Program-made: the position numbers and the translations under genes
Virus record (IMG/VR): IMGVR_UViG_3300046557_000512
Coordinates: 1-64,000 of that record
DNA: 64,000 nucleotides
Direction: 5' to 3' (one strand)
Source of the DNA: a virus
The notes under the pieces: generated by a model
What the model saw: the letters and a program-made list of their open reading frames with translations, nothing else
Told to the model about the DNA's origin: nothing
The model's database searches: none
In this document: positions 19,865 to 28,919 of the stretch, piece after piece
Position numbering within the stretch: position 1 is the first letter of the stretch
How the letters are laid out: each line of letters starts with the position of its first letter

Positions 19865-19995
19865 GTGTTCGATAGACGAACCTTTGTGTGCGATAGACGG
19901 CGGTCTGGTGTTCGATAGACGGGTGCCATTGTGTTCGATAGACGGGCGTGGCGACCCTTCGTGTTCGATAGACGGGCGAATGTGTTCGATAGACG
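19865..19995 (+). repeat. Iteron array 1 (6 x GTGT[T/G]CGATAGACG), probable oriV next to an AT-rich stretch
   Basis: Copies start at 19865, 19886, 19908, 19931, 19961 and 19982, mostly 21-23 bp apart; AT-rich stretch at about 19790-19850. Confidence 0.9.
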
Positions 19996-20040
19996 AATGT
20001 GTTGGCTTTTCCGGTGCGCGCGGGTGCCAATTCCGTCGAA

Positions 20041-21135
20041 TCAGGCGTCAGGGTCGAGCTTCATATTGCCTGCGAGTCGGTCCATCAGTTGCCCCAACTG
20101 CTGCGAAAGAGCGGCGCGCTCCTCGGGAGATTGCTCCTCGGCCGCTGGCGGCTCCTCCACTCGTCTATCGGACACAAGCGCCGGCGCGACTGGTCGCCTA
20201 TCGGACACAAGCACAGACTCGATCCTGCGGCCCGGCGACCGGAGAGGGGCTGGTCGTCTATCGGACACATTGAGCCGTCGCGTGAACACTGCCTTGAGCG
20301 ATCCGATGCCGCGGACCTTGCTGATATTCTGAACCGGTTCGTTCGTCGGGTCCCCGATCAGCGCGACATGGAAATGATATTCGGGCAGCTCGTCGTCAGC
20401 CACCGCCTGGGTGACGATGCGTTTGAAGTTGCGCATGTCGTCGAGCTCGTAGCCGATCTTCTCGGCGAGCCGCGAGAGGTTGATCGCGAAGCTGGTCTTG
20501 TTGCCGCAATGCTTGCGCGCCAGTTCGTAGATGCGGCGCAGCACGCCGGAGGTAAGCTGAAAATAGTCCTGGTCGATCATCAGGATCGTCCGATCGTCGG
20601 CGACCTGGCGGTAGACCCAGTCCTCGAGCTCGACCTCGACCATGCCGAGGACCCTCTTGCCGTTGGGGAGGGTGCGCTCGCTCATGCGCCCCGATTTGAT
20701 CCAGGAGAAGAACGTGCGCTCGGTCTGGCCGTTCTTTGTGGTGATGTTGGTGCGGATCGATGTCGACTGCAGCCGATCGAGCGTAAGCGCGAGATCCTCA
20801 TAGGCTCGACCACCCGAGGACCGGCCGCAGGCGACGAAGAAATCGTGCGCGTGGAACCGGACCTTGGGCGATACCTCCTGACCTTCGTTCTGCAGCCTGG
20901 TGATCTGCGAGAAGATGTAGATCAGAAGGTCCTTGTCCCAGATCGTCGCCAAGCCGCGGTGGCCGGGCTGCACCTCGATGCGGGTCGTGCCGTCGTCGTA
21001 GATGCGCGCCTCGAACGCAGGCTTCTTCGAGATGGAGAAGAAGGGGTATTCCATCAGGCTGAGGACGTCGCGGTAGCTCAGCCGATCCTGGGGATCGAGG
21101 AACAGATCTTCAACGAGCTTGACCACAGCAGCCAT
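20041..21135 (-). CDS. repA: Plasmid replication initiator RepA (RPA family)
   Basis: LMEYPFFSISK, GLATIWDKDLLIY, LDRLQSTSIRTNI, YFQLTSGVLRRIYELARKHCG and LPEY are RPA-family motifs; flanked by iterons. Confidence 0.92.
   Translation of the reverse strand: MAAVVKLVEDLFLDPQDRLSYRDVLSLMEYPFFSISKKPAFEARIYDDGTTRIEVQPGHRGLATIWDKDLLIYIFSQITRLQNEGQEVSPKVRFHAHDFFVACGRSSGGRAYEDLALTLDRLQSTSIRTNITTKNGQTERTFFSWIKSGRMSERTLPNGKRVLGMVEVELEDWVYRQVADDRTILMIDQDYFQLTSGVLRRIYELARKHCGNKTSFAINLSRLAEKIGYELDDMRNFKRIVTQAVADDELPEYHFHVALIGDPTNEPVQNISKVRGIGSLKAVFTRRLNVSDRRPAPLRSPGRRIESVLVSDRRPVAPALVSDRRVEEPPAAEEQSPEERAALSQQLGQLMDRLAGNMKLDPDA
20162..20268 (-). repeat. Three inverted iterons inside the repA 3' end
   Basis: CG[T/C]CTATCGGACAC at 20162, 20195 and 20255; they encode VSDRR repeats. 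Confidence 0.85.
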
Positions 21136-21150
21136 TCGCCACTCCCATTT

Positions 21151-21251
21151 GTGTGCGATAGACGAATCAAGGCTTAGCCGTTTTGTGTGCGATAGACGAA
21201 TCTTTTGTGTGCGATAGACGAGCAGGCGTTAGCCGATGTGTTCGATAGACG
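21151..21251 (+). repeat. Iteron array 2 (4 copies) over the repA upstream region
   Basis: GTGT[G/T]CGATAGACG at 21151, 21185, 21207 and 21238. Confidence 0.9.
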
Positions 21252-21262
21252 AGCCCACATCC

Positions 21263-21290
21263 CAGATTGATAATAGAGATTATGTTAAAT
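21263..21290 (+). other. dif-like XerC/XerD recombination site
   Basis: CAGATTGATAA-TAGAGA-TTATGTTAAAT has an 11-6-11 layout, and the right arm is identical to the canonical XerD arm. Confidence 0.75.
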
Positions 21291-21306
21291 TATCAATGGC
21301 TTAGCG

Positions 21307-21810
21307 CTAGATCAGTGTATCACGCCTACGCAGCGCAGCCAAGGCGTCGGCCGACATGGTGCAGACCAGGTTGCGACGGCCGCCGCGGTTCGCGTGGTTG
21401 GTGATCCGCCCTTCATAGTGGCGTTTCAGAAAGCCCGCGGCCTCGAGATCGGGCAGCACGCGGCTGAAATTATCCGCTCCCGATTCGCGAGCTCGCCGTT
21501 CGACCACTCGATCGACCATCTCCTGGGCCTCGAGCAAATCCGCCGGCAGTTGGTCACTGAGCTCATCGCGCACGCGCTTCGCCAGGTCGACGCGGCGGCC
21601 GACGTTCTCTGCCATCGTCGACAGCCTAGCGCCGACCCAATCGCGCAACGCGAGATCCTTGCCATTGAGTTTGACGAACGGCCCTACCTTGCCGCGGTCG
21701 TCTGCCTGCTCGCAAAGCAGGTTGAGCACCATGAACGCATAGCGCGGCCGGCTGCTCTTATGCGCGAGCGCGTCGAGGATGCTGCCGAGATCCAGGGCCT
21801 TCGTAGCCAT
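21307..21810 (-). CDS. Replicon-associated hypothetical protein (probable wHTH DNA-binding protein)
   Basis: SRPRYAFMVL...NFSRVLPDLEAAGFLKRHYEG...NHANRGGRR; directly upstream of repA. Confidence 0.7.
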   Translation of the reverse strand: MATKALDLGSILDALAHKSSRPRYAFMVLNLLCEQADDRGKVGPFVKLNGKDLALRDWVGARLSTMAENVGRRVDLAKRVRDELSDQLPADLLEAQEMVDRVVERRARESGADNFSRVLPDLEAAGFLKRHYEGRITNHANRGGRRNLVCTMSADALAALRRRDTLI

Positions 21811-21861
21811 AGCGCATCTTCACCAGCGCCCTGCCCGCCGCAAGCCCCAAATTCAACGACT

Positions 21862-21959
21862 CTGTCGCGCGTGACAGTTTGCCATTGGACCCTTCGAAAG
21901 CACATTCTTTGAGCAGATGCTTTTCGGATGCGCTGAAGGCAAACTGTCACGGGTGACGG
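21862..21959. promoter_or_regulatory. Two 16-bp near-palindromes (CTGTCACG-CGTGACAG consensus) within a 14-bp inverted repeat
   Basis: CTGTCGCGCGTGACAG at 21862-21877 and CTGTCACGGGTGACGG at 21944-21959; inverted repeat CGTGACAGTTTGCC / GGCAAACTGTCACG. Confidence 0.55.
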
Positions 21960-22430
21960 TTAGGACCTCCCGTAGCGATGCGTGCGCTTCAGGCCCGGTG
22001 TCGTGCCCCACAATCCGGCCCGCAGCAGGTGCGTGTAGCCGTAGTCGATGCAGACCGGCCGCCCATCGATCATGCCCCAGTTGGTCCACCGGACGTCGTC
22101 GAAGAACGTCGGGACCCGCTTAACCTTCTCGAGGAAGTCAGGTTCATTCTCGAACACCGTCGCCTTCTTCATGATTAGCGCTGAGCCCCAACTGTCGATG
22201 CGGACGCACGGCGCGAACCAGCGCTCCCACTTGGTGCCCTTCACCGCCTGCCATATCTCCCACTCCATCGCGTTGTGGTGGCCAGGCCCGTATTGGATCT
22301 TCAAGACATGTTCCGGCTCGTGCCTCATGTCGTAGACGCGACGATAGGATCCGTCGCCCAGGAGGTTGCCGACGAACAGCTCAAGGGCGCAGTTCTTCAG
22401 CTGCACGATCTCATCGTAGATTGTGGTCAT
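21960..22430 (-). CDS. Minimal protein-kinase-like fold protein
   Basis: LGDGSYRRVY (Gly loop), VLK, NAME (alphaC Glu), DVRWTNWG (catalytic loop), IDYG (DFG equivalent). Confidence 0.65.
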   Translation of the reverse strand: MTTIYDEIVQLKNCALELFVGNLLGDGSYRRVYDMRHEPEHVLKIQYGPGHHNAMEWEIWQAVKGTKWERWFAPCVRIDSWGSALIMKKATVFENEPDFLEKVKRVPTFFDDVRWTNWGMIDGRPVCIDYGYTHLLRAGLWGTTPGLKRTHRYGRS

Positions 22431-23509
22431 TTGTAAGGGTTCCGCACTTTGATCTTCATTGCGAGGGTTCGGGAATACGGCCGAGCGTTGGCGATCGCGT
22501 AGCGCACCACCGCCGGTTCGACTTCGTTCGGATCACAGCCTTTCGGCAGGAATGCGATGCGCACCTGGAAGCCATGCGCCGTCAGCTGCTGCGCGGCGTC
22601 GACCGCGGCCGAGAGAGCGTCCGGCGTGCCGTCCCAGATGATCGTAATGATCTTCAGGCCGGCCGCCTTCAACTTGAGCAGCGCGGTCAGCTGGTTGGGC
22701 TGTTCGCCGGTCAGCGTCAGGTTTTTGCCGAAGGATCCAACAGGAACGATCGCGCGCATCGCAGCGTCCTGGTCGAGCGCCTTCTTGGTCGCGATGACGT
22801 CGAAAGCCCCCTCCCCCATCGCAATGTGCGCCGCGCCGATCGCGTTGTGACCATTGTAGAGGAAGCGCGCGGTGCCAGGCAGCCGCGGCGGGAACAGATA
22901 CTTGCGGTCACTCTCTCGGGTGATGTCACGGCCCTGGAAGGTCACCAGCGTTCGGTCGAGATCCCACACCGGGATAATGACGCGGCCGGAGAAGACCATC
23001 GACTGAGGCGAGCCGTCTTCCTTGGCGTATTTGAACGCGCCGTCGTGGCAGTAGCGCAGCCCGAAATAGCGGGCCAGATCGTTGGTGATACCGCGCTTGT
23101 CGATGTAGGGCAGCGTGCGGCCGTCATGGGTCGGCAGTTCGATCGAGTGCGGCAGCTTGACCTCACCCTCGATCGCCGGCGCGACATCGCGCTTTAGCGC
23201 GCGCTTCTTGGGCTTCCAGCCGCCAAGTTTCGCAATCTCGTCGAACAGCTTGCCGATCGCCTTCGAATCTTCGGTGCCCAGGTGAGCCTTCGCGAACGAC
23301 CAGAGATTGAAGGGGCCGCACTTGAAGCAGTTACCGAGACCGCTCTCCACGCCGAGATAGACCTTCCAGTCCTCCGTGCTGCAGCGCGGGCAGACTTTGA
23401 CGTTGAACTGCATGCCCGATCGGCCGGACAAGGGGCCGCGATACTCGAAGCCCTCGTGCTCGAGGAAGTCCTCGGCCGTGACCTGATCGTAGCCCCTCTC
23501 CTCATTCAT
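22427..23509 (-). CDS. DNA primase (Zn ribbon + TOPRIM)
   Basis: CPRC...CFKC, FQGRD, MGEGAFD, IWDG, DPNE. Confidence 0.9.
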   Translation of the reverse strand: MNEERGYDQVTAEDFLEHEGFEYRGPLSGRSGMQFNVKVCPRCSTEDWKVYLGVESGLGNCFKCGPFNLWSFAKAHLGTEDSKAIGKLFDEIAKLGGWKPKKRALKRDVAPAIEGEVKLPHSIELPTHDGRTLPYIDKRGITNDLARYFGLRYCHDGAFKYAKEDGSPQSMVFSGRVIIPVWDLDRTLVTFQGRDITRESDRKYLFPPRLPGTARFLYNGHNAIGAAHIAMGEGAFDVIATKKALDQDAAMRAIVPVGSFGKNLTLTGEQPNQLTALLKLKAAGLKIITIIWDGTPDALSAAVDAAQQLTAHGFQVRIAFLPKGCDPNEVEPAVVRYAIANARPYSRTLAMKIKVRNPYK

Positions 23510-23663
23510 GCGTGCGCGACCCTACAGCCTTCGCCAGGCGGCGAGCAGCACTCACACGGCCGACGATGCCAGCCGGCGAACAGGCTGAAGGACCAATGCT
23601 CGCCGGTGCCGAAGCATCGGAAGCAAAGGCCCCACAGTGCGAAGAGTGCATGTGTTATGAACA

Positions 23664-25013
23664 CTACGAGTCGAGCCCGACGAAATTGGTGATGAACCGC
23701 ATGCAGTCAATCTCCTGGTTGAAACGCAGCCGCAGGCCACCCTCGGTGTTACGCATCTCGGAGAAGTAGAGGACGACCTCGCCGTTCTGCTTCTCCTCGG
23801 CGCTCGCGTTGATCGTGATCAGCGCGTCGGCCAGACGGACCTTGTCGTAATCCTCCGCGACGTCCGTGCCGTCGGTGACGTTCTTGGCCGCTTTGCGCGT
23901 GCCTTCTCGGTTGGTCTGGGTGGCGGTCAGGACCGCGGCGTTCATATCCTTCGCGAGCGCACGAAGGTCGCGAGTGATCTGGCTGAGCTCATGTCGCTTG
24001 TCGCTCTCGCGACGCTCAGGCGCCATGATGTCGATATAGTCGACGACGATCATGTCGAAGATGATGCCGTCGGACTCGTAGCGCTTCAGTAGGCGGCGGA
24101 GCTCGGAGACCTTGAGCGTGCCGGTGGGGAAGTCCTGGATCTCCAGGACACCCGCGTGCTGTGCCCATGCGTCGCCAGCAGCTTCGACCTCGACCGCGCG
24201 CTTGCGCAGCTCCTTGACCGGCACGCGCGAGATGTTCGCGTCGAGACGATCCTCGATAATTTCCTTCGAGACTTCGCAGGAGGCGTAGAAGACGTTCTTG
24301 CCGGCGCCGGCCGCGGCTTTGGCAAAGGTGACCAGGCCGGCGGTCTTACCGGACTTGGGTGGCCCCATCAGGATCGACAGTTCCTTGCGGCCCCAGCCGT
24401 GGTGAGGGAACAGATACTGGTCGAGCTGAGGGCAGCCGGTGGTGATGCCTGTTGGGATCGCTGTGCCGGCGGCGAGCGCCTGACGCTTAGCGGCGCGTTC
24501 TTTGATGCGATCCTTGAAGTTGTGGGCGCGCTCGACGTCGACCGAGCCAACGCCGAAGGCCGCGGTCATATTGGTTGCCGCCTTCTCGATCGCGCTGACC
24601 TTCTTCGCGGGATCGATCTGGTCGAGCGCGTCAGCCATATCGAGGGTCGCCCCCTCGATCGCCTTCTCGCGCGCGAACTCTGCGATCTTGTCGATGACGA
24701 ACTGGCGATCGGCCGGCGTGCAAGCGCCAGGCGCATAGAGCGCGCCGAGCAGCCGCTTCGCCTCATCCATATCCGCGACTGTGATCTGCTTCCGCGCCTG
24801 AGCGTCCTTGAACGCCTGGACGTAGGTCTGCAGCGACGGGCACGCGCGGTATTGATCCCAATACTCGCGCTGCACCCAGATCAGCTGCTGCAGCGTGTCG
24901 TTCTCGAAATATTGCGGCTGGATAAGCCCATCAACCGCATGGCAGAACGTGTCATCACGAAGGAAGAAGGAACCGACCTTCTCCTGGAAGGCGGCATCGA
25001 AGGTGTAGCTCAT
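23664..25013 (-). CDS. dnaB: Replicative DnaB-like helicase
   Basis: Walker A GPPKSGKT, IVVDYID, TATQTNR. Confidence 0.92.
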   Translation of the reverse strand: MSYTFDAAFQEKVGSFFLRDDTFCHAVDGLIQPQYFENDTLQQLIWVQREYWDQYRACPSLQTYVQAFKDAQARKQITVADMDEAKRLLGALYAPGACTPADRQFVIDKIAEFAREKAIEGATLDMADALDQIDPAKKVSAIEKAATNMTAAFGVGSVDVERAHNFKDRIKERAAKRQALAAGTAIPTGITTGCPQLDQYLFPHHGWGRKELSILMGPPKSGKTAGLVTFAKAAAGAGKNVFYASCEVSKEIIEDRLDANISRVPVKELRKRAVEVEAAGDAWAQHAGVLEIQDFPTGTLKVSELRRLLKRYESDGIIFDMIVVDYIDIMAPERRESDKRHELSQITRDLRALAKDMNAAVLTATQTNREGTRKAAKNVTDGTDVAEDYDKVRLADALITINASAEEKQNGEVVLYFSEMRNTEGGLRLRFNQEIDCMRFITNFVGLDS

Positions 25014-25080
25014 TCGTGTCCGCTGCCGTTCGTGTGAGTGTGTGTCATTGACTATGCACTAGCCCGAATCGACCAAGGGG

Positions 25081-25929
25081 TCAACCCAAGGCTTTCGCGC
25101 GTCGCATTGTGACCTCGGAGAAATGCGCGGCCGCCAGCTCCTCGGGCAGGTGCCGCTTGTGGTAGACCATCACTGCCAATGGGACCGCGGGGTCAGCCAC
25201 CACGCCGCGCTCCTCGATCTGGGCGATCAGCCACCGGCGATAGTCGTCCTGGATCTTGAGCCCGCAATAGTTCTCGATCTCGAATGCCGGATGCGCAGCC
25301 GCGCGCAGCTTGTGCTGGCACTCCGCCTGCCAAAGGTTGATTGTCTCTGCACACATCCGGTCGTTGTAGAGGTGCCACGGCTGGGGAACGCGGTCCCATT
25401 GGCGCTCGAGCGCGTTCTCGATCGCGAGCTTACAGAAGGCGTCATAGGGGATGCCGAACAGGTCGGCCGCGACCATCGCCTTGAACATGCCGACGATGTA
25501 TTGAGAGCCGCGCTCCCAAATGTCGGCCTCAACCTGCTTCGTGAAGATGGCGCCGTAGAGCTTGTTGAACGACGCGACCTCGCCGGCGGTCATGACCTTG
25601 CCGTTCTTGTCTCGCTGCGGGCCTCGTGACATCACGAAGTTGCGCGCGCCCGCCCGCATCGCCTTGAGATACTCGCGATTGAACAACATGAAGCTATGGC
25701 CTGGCGAGAGCCGGCGGTAGTCCCACCAGCGGCTCTCGTAGACCATAGCCATGTCGGCGAAGTGCTGCTTCTTGACGTGCGCCGCCAGGAGCGCCTCGAG
25801 CCTGGCCGAGGGCATGTTGATGCCCTCGAACAGACCAAAGACAGCGAGGTTCAGATCCCAGGGATCATTGGCAAGGGATGCCGAGAAAGTAGGGGGCGGC
25901 ACCGCTTCCAATGTGGTCGTCGTTGTCAT
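25081..25929 (-). CDS. Hypothetical protein upstream of the helicase
   Basis: 282-aa ORF with WWDYR motif; function not recognisable. Confidence 0.7.
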   Translation of the reverse strand: MTTTTTLEAVPPPTFSASLANDPWDLNLAVFGLFEGINMPSARLEALLAAHVKKQHFADMAMVYESRWWDYRRLSPGHSFMLFNREYLKAMRAGARNFVMSRGPQRDKNGKVMTAGEVASFNKLYGAIFTKQVEADIWERGSQYIVGMFKAMVAADLFGIPYDAFCKLAIENALERQWDRVPQPWHLYNDRMCAETINLWQAECQHKLRAAAHPAFEIENYCGLKIQDDYRRWLIAQIEERGVVADPAVPLAVMVYHKRHLPEELAAAHFSEVTMRRAKALG

Positions 25930-26665
25930 GTGGTTTCCGGGAGTTGTTGCGGTAGCGCTCGATGACCTCGCGCACGAGGCCGGAGCGGACGATGTCGTCG
26001 AGGGTGAACTCGAACACCGAGACCGACTTCACGCCGCGCATGCGGTCGATCGCGTCAGTGAACCCGTCGATGCCCTGGTATTCACCGAAGCGCTGATGGG
26101 CGTCGCCGTCGACCACGATCTTGCTGTGCTCGCCGATGCGAGTGAGAAACATCTCCATCTCGCGCGGCGTCATGTTCTGCGCCTCGTCGAGCAGCACGAA
26201 GGCGTTCTCGAAGGTGTGGCCCTGTAAGAATGGCACCGGTGCGATCTCGATACGGCCGTTGGCGATATACGCCTCGACGGTTGCGGCGCCGAGGATCTTC
26301 TCGAAGATCTTGCGCACAGGCAGGAAGTAGGGAGCGAACTTCTCCTCCATCGTGCCCTTGAGGAAACCCATCGGGGTTCCAGCCTCGACGTTCGGCCGAG
26401 TTACGATCACTTGGTCGACCACCTTATCGCGCAGCGCGAGAGCAGCCAGGCCGGCGGCACAATGGGTCTTGCCCGTGCCTGCCGGCCCCTTCAGGAATGT
26501 CAGCTGACTGGCGTTGATCGTGGCGATGCAGCGACGCTGTGCGTCGTTCTTCGGCTTGAGCTCGCCGATACCGCGCGCCCGCGGCCCAGGTGCTATTAGC
26601 GCCTCGGTGGGTAAAGCGACGGGAGAGTGACGATCGCGGCGGGTTGGTTTCGAATCACGCTTCAT
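25865..26665 (-). CDS. phoH: PhoH-like ATPase
   Basis: GPAGTGKT, TRPNVE..MGFLKG, LDEAQN, FLTRIG, GDAHQ, DIVRSGLV. Confidence 0.93.
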   Translation of the reverse strand: MKRDSKPTRRDRHSPVALPTEALIAPGPRARGIGELKPKNDAQRRCIATINASQLTFLKGPAGTGKTHCAAGLAALALRDKVVDQVIVTRPNVEAGTPMGFLKGTMEEKFAPYFLPVRKIFEKILGAATVEAYIANGRIEIAPVPFLQGHTFENAFVLLDEAQNMTPREMEMFLTRIGEHSKIVVDGDAHQRFGEYQGIDGFTDAIDRMRGVKSVSVFEFTLDDIVRSGLVREVIERYRNNSRKPHDNDDHIGSGAAPYFLGIPCQ

Positions 26666-26721
26666 GTTTGTCACTCCTTTGTGTGTGTCGTCTACCATGC
26701 ACCGCGAGCAGCGCAACCGGT

Positions 26722-27273
26722 TTATGCGGTCGCCAGCGATTCTATCAGCTTGTTGCCTTTCGACCGATTGGTTTTTTGCTTGGCGACGCGAAGATTGTTC
26801 TGGACATGGAGACCGCAGACGTTCTTGCCCTGCAGCGGCACGATATGGTCGACCTCGTAGGGCACACCTGTCTGCGCTGATAGCGCGGCGGCGGTCTCAT
26901 AGTAGAGGGTGATCGCGTCCTGATCCGCCCATTTCGGCGTCGCTTGGAGTATGCGAGCACGACGTCGCGCAGTCGCAGCGTTAGCCTTGTCTGGATTGTC
27001 GCGGATCCATTGGCGACCGTAGGCCCGCTTCTGCTCGATGTTCGCTTCATTCCAGCGATCGTTGCGGGCTCTCACTTTGTCTTTATTCTCGCGTTGCCAT
27101 GTCGCGATGTAGTCGACCTTCGTCAAGCGCACGTCCGCCTCGCAGTCGAGGCAGTTGAAGTTGCCCGTGCGACGCTTGGCGATGTGACCTTTGTTACATG
27201 GCCTGCCCGTAAAATAATGCCGCAAACCTTGGGCCTTAGCATCTTTTCGGGAGATCAGATTCACGCGAACCAT
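26722..27273 (-). CDS. HNH homing endonuclease
   Basis: YFTGRPCNKGH..CLDC N-terminus; EVDHIVPLQGKNVCGLHVQNNL..NRSKGN HNH core. Confidence 0.88.
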   Translation of the reverse strand: MVRVNLISRKDAKAQGLRHYFTGRPCNKGHIAKRRTGNFNCLDCEADVRLTKVDYIATWQRENKDKVRARNDRWNEANIEQKRAYGRQWIRDNPDKANAATARRRARILQATPKWADQDAITLYYETAAALSAQTGVPYEVDHIVPLQGKNVCGLHVQNNLRVAKQKTNRSKGNKLIESLATA

Positions 27274-28919
27274 CTACCATTCATCAGCGTTATCAAGCAA
27301 CGCTTCCCGTTCGGGTAAACGAGACAGTGCGTATGGTCCCAAGAGGACATGCCGCGATTGTAACCTTGGTCCAGGCTGCCCGAGACCCCGACCACAACCG
27401 CGCCGTCGATGATCTGCGGACTGTGGGTGTGTCCGCTGATCGACTTGGGTCCGGCGCGTGTGAATTGCTTGGGACTGCCGCGCGATCCATTGGCGCCGAG
27501 ATGCCCGTGCATGGCGCACTCAATGTCGCCGCAAATGATATATGTGTCGTCCTCACCGACAAACTCGATGTTCGCCGTGAGACCAGCTGACAGGTCGTTG
27601 AGCACATGCTCGAACACCGGTGGTGTCTGCACGCCCAGTCCCAGCTGCTGGTAATAGTAGGTCTGACACTCAAGGAAGAAGACCGCGTTCTCAGGGTCCT
27701 CCCGATAGTCGGCCGTCTTGAGCCATGTCACCAGAGCCTGGTCATGATTGGATTCGACGACCACGGAGCGACACCAAGGGCGCGAGGTGTCTACGAGGAA
27801 TTGGGCACAACCCGACAGCGCATCACGCACGTTGGCGGTGTCGTGCGCATGGGTCGCGAACCTAAAATGGTGATCTTTGATTCGGTGGTGGTTTCGAGCG
27901 GTGAAGTCGGACAGATCATGAAAGAACTGGTGACGCGGCCGGAAGCGATCGAGTAGACCGCCCTCGCCCCATGTCGTGCGCTCAACGATCGGGTCGAGCT
28001 TCTCGTGGTGGATGTCCCCATAGACCAGGGCTTCTGCCCGGTGGTCGGTGGTCACGTTGCCGCGCTCCACACGGCGATCGAGGTCGTAGAAGCTGCCGTC
28101 GTCTTCGGCCAGCAGGTGCCGGCAGAAGAACGAGCCATCAGGGTGCAACTCGACGAGCACGCAGCCGATCACATGGTGGAAGCTAGCCTTGATGCCCGCC
28201 TTCTTCTGGACGTAGTTCGGCATTGTGACGAAGCCGGTGGTCATCAGCTGCTTGGTGCGCGCCATCTTGGCCGTCGCAACCGACTGCAACTGGACCTTGG
28301 CGTGCGGGAACACGCCCCACTTATCGCGCGTGTAGGTCTCGAAGCCCGACAGGGGATTGGTGGCCGTAGGAAGCGTATTCATCTCCCCGCAGAACAGGAG
28401 ACCATCGCCTATCTCGACCTGGTCTTGGGTCCAGTATTTCATGATACGCGGGTGCCACCAGTGCTTGTCCGCGTCGTTCTTGTCGTGGCTCTCAAACAGC
28501 TGCTTGTTGTAGGTCGAGCCAGAAATCATGGTCTCGGAATCACCGAGCCACGCCGCATAGGCTTCCATGTTGTCCATGAAGCCGTGGTGGACCTCAGATC
28601 CATCTTGGCCAGCGCCGAGGAAGAAGTAGCGAACCCCCTGCCCCGGCGCGCGCGGCTTCGGTTTTATCGGATCGGTGCGCGACCACACCGGCACGGTCTT
28701 CACTTCCTCGACCGGCGCCTTCGGTCGACGCGCGCCGCGGCTGCGATCGATGAGTTCCGCGGTGTCGGCGTCGAGCTCGCGTGCCAGGGTGCGCATCTCG
28801 CCGGCGCGGTTGCGCACGGTCTTGACGCTGACACCCAGCTCGTCGGCCACGTCGTCGATCGTCGGGAACCGCGCGGTGTCGTTGTAGACAGCGGCGAAGC
28901 GACTATCGAAGGCTCGCAT
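27261..28919 (-). CDS. HTH + calcineurin-like metallophosphoesterase (T5 A1-like, tentative)
   Basis: N-terminal IDDVADELGVSVKTVRNRA HTH; GDIH, HD, SNHD, HGH and GHTH motifs; about 552 aa. Confidence 0.75.
   Translation of the reverse strand: MRAFDSRFAAVYNDTARFPTIDDVADELGVSVKTVRNRAGEMRTLARELDADTAELIDRSRGARRPKAPVEEVKTVPVWSRTDPIKPKPRAPGQGVRYFFLGAGQDGSEVHHGFMDNMEAYAAWLGDSETMISGSTYNKQLFESHDKNDADKHWWHPRIMKYWTQDQVEIGDGLLFCGEMNTLPTATNPLSGFETYTRDKWGVFPHAKVQLQSVATAKMARTKQLMTTGFVTMPNYVQKKAGIKASFHHVIGCVLVELHPDGSFFCRHLLAEDDGSFYDLDRRVERGNVTTDHRAEALVYGDIHHEKLDPIVERTTWGEGGLLDRFRPRHQFFHDLSDFTARNHHRIKDHHFRFATHAHDTANVRDALSGCAQFLVDTSRPWCRSVVVESNHDQALVTWLKTADYREDPENAVFFLECQTYYYQQLGLGVQTPPVFEHVLNDLSAGLTANIEFVGEDDTYIICGDIECAMHGHLGANGSRGSPKQFTRAGPKSISGHTHSPQIIDGAVVVGVSGSLDQGYNRGMSSWDHTHCLVYPNGKRCLITLMNGRWFA

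Noticed and set aside
19865-21251. CRISPR array interpretation of the CGATAGACG repeats
   Set aside because: Repeats are 14 bp with mostly 7-20 bp spacers, flank a rep gene, and there are no cas genes; they are iterons.
23646-23670. Further copies of the dispersed motif (also 52212-52230 and 56726-56744)
   Set aside because: Too degenerate or wrongly spaced to count confidently, though they may be weak sites.
10636-25013. Inteins or introns in dnaE, dnaB or primase
   Set aside because: Protein lengths and motif spacing are normal, with no splice-junction motifs seen.
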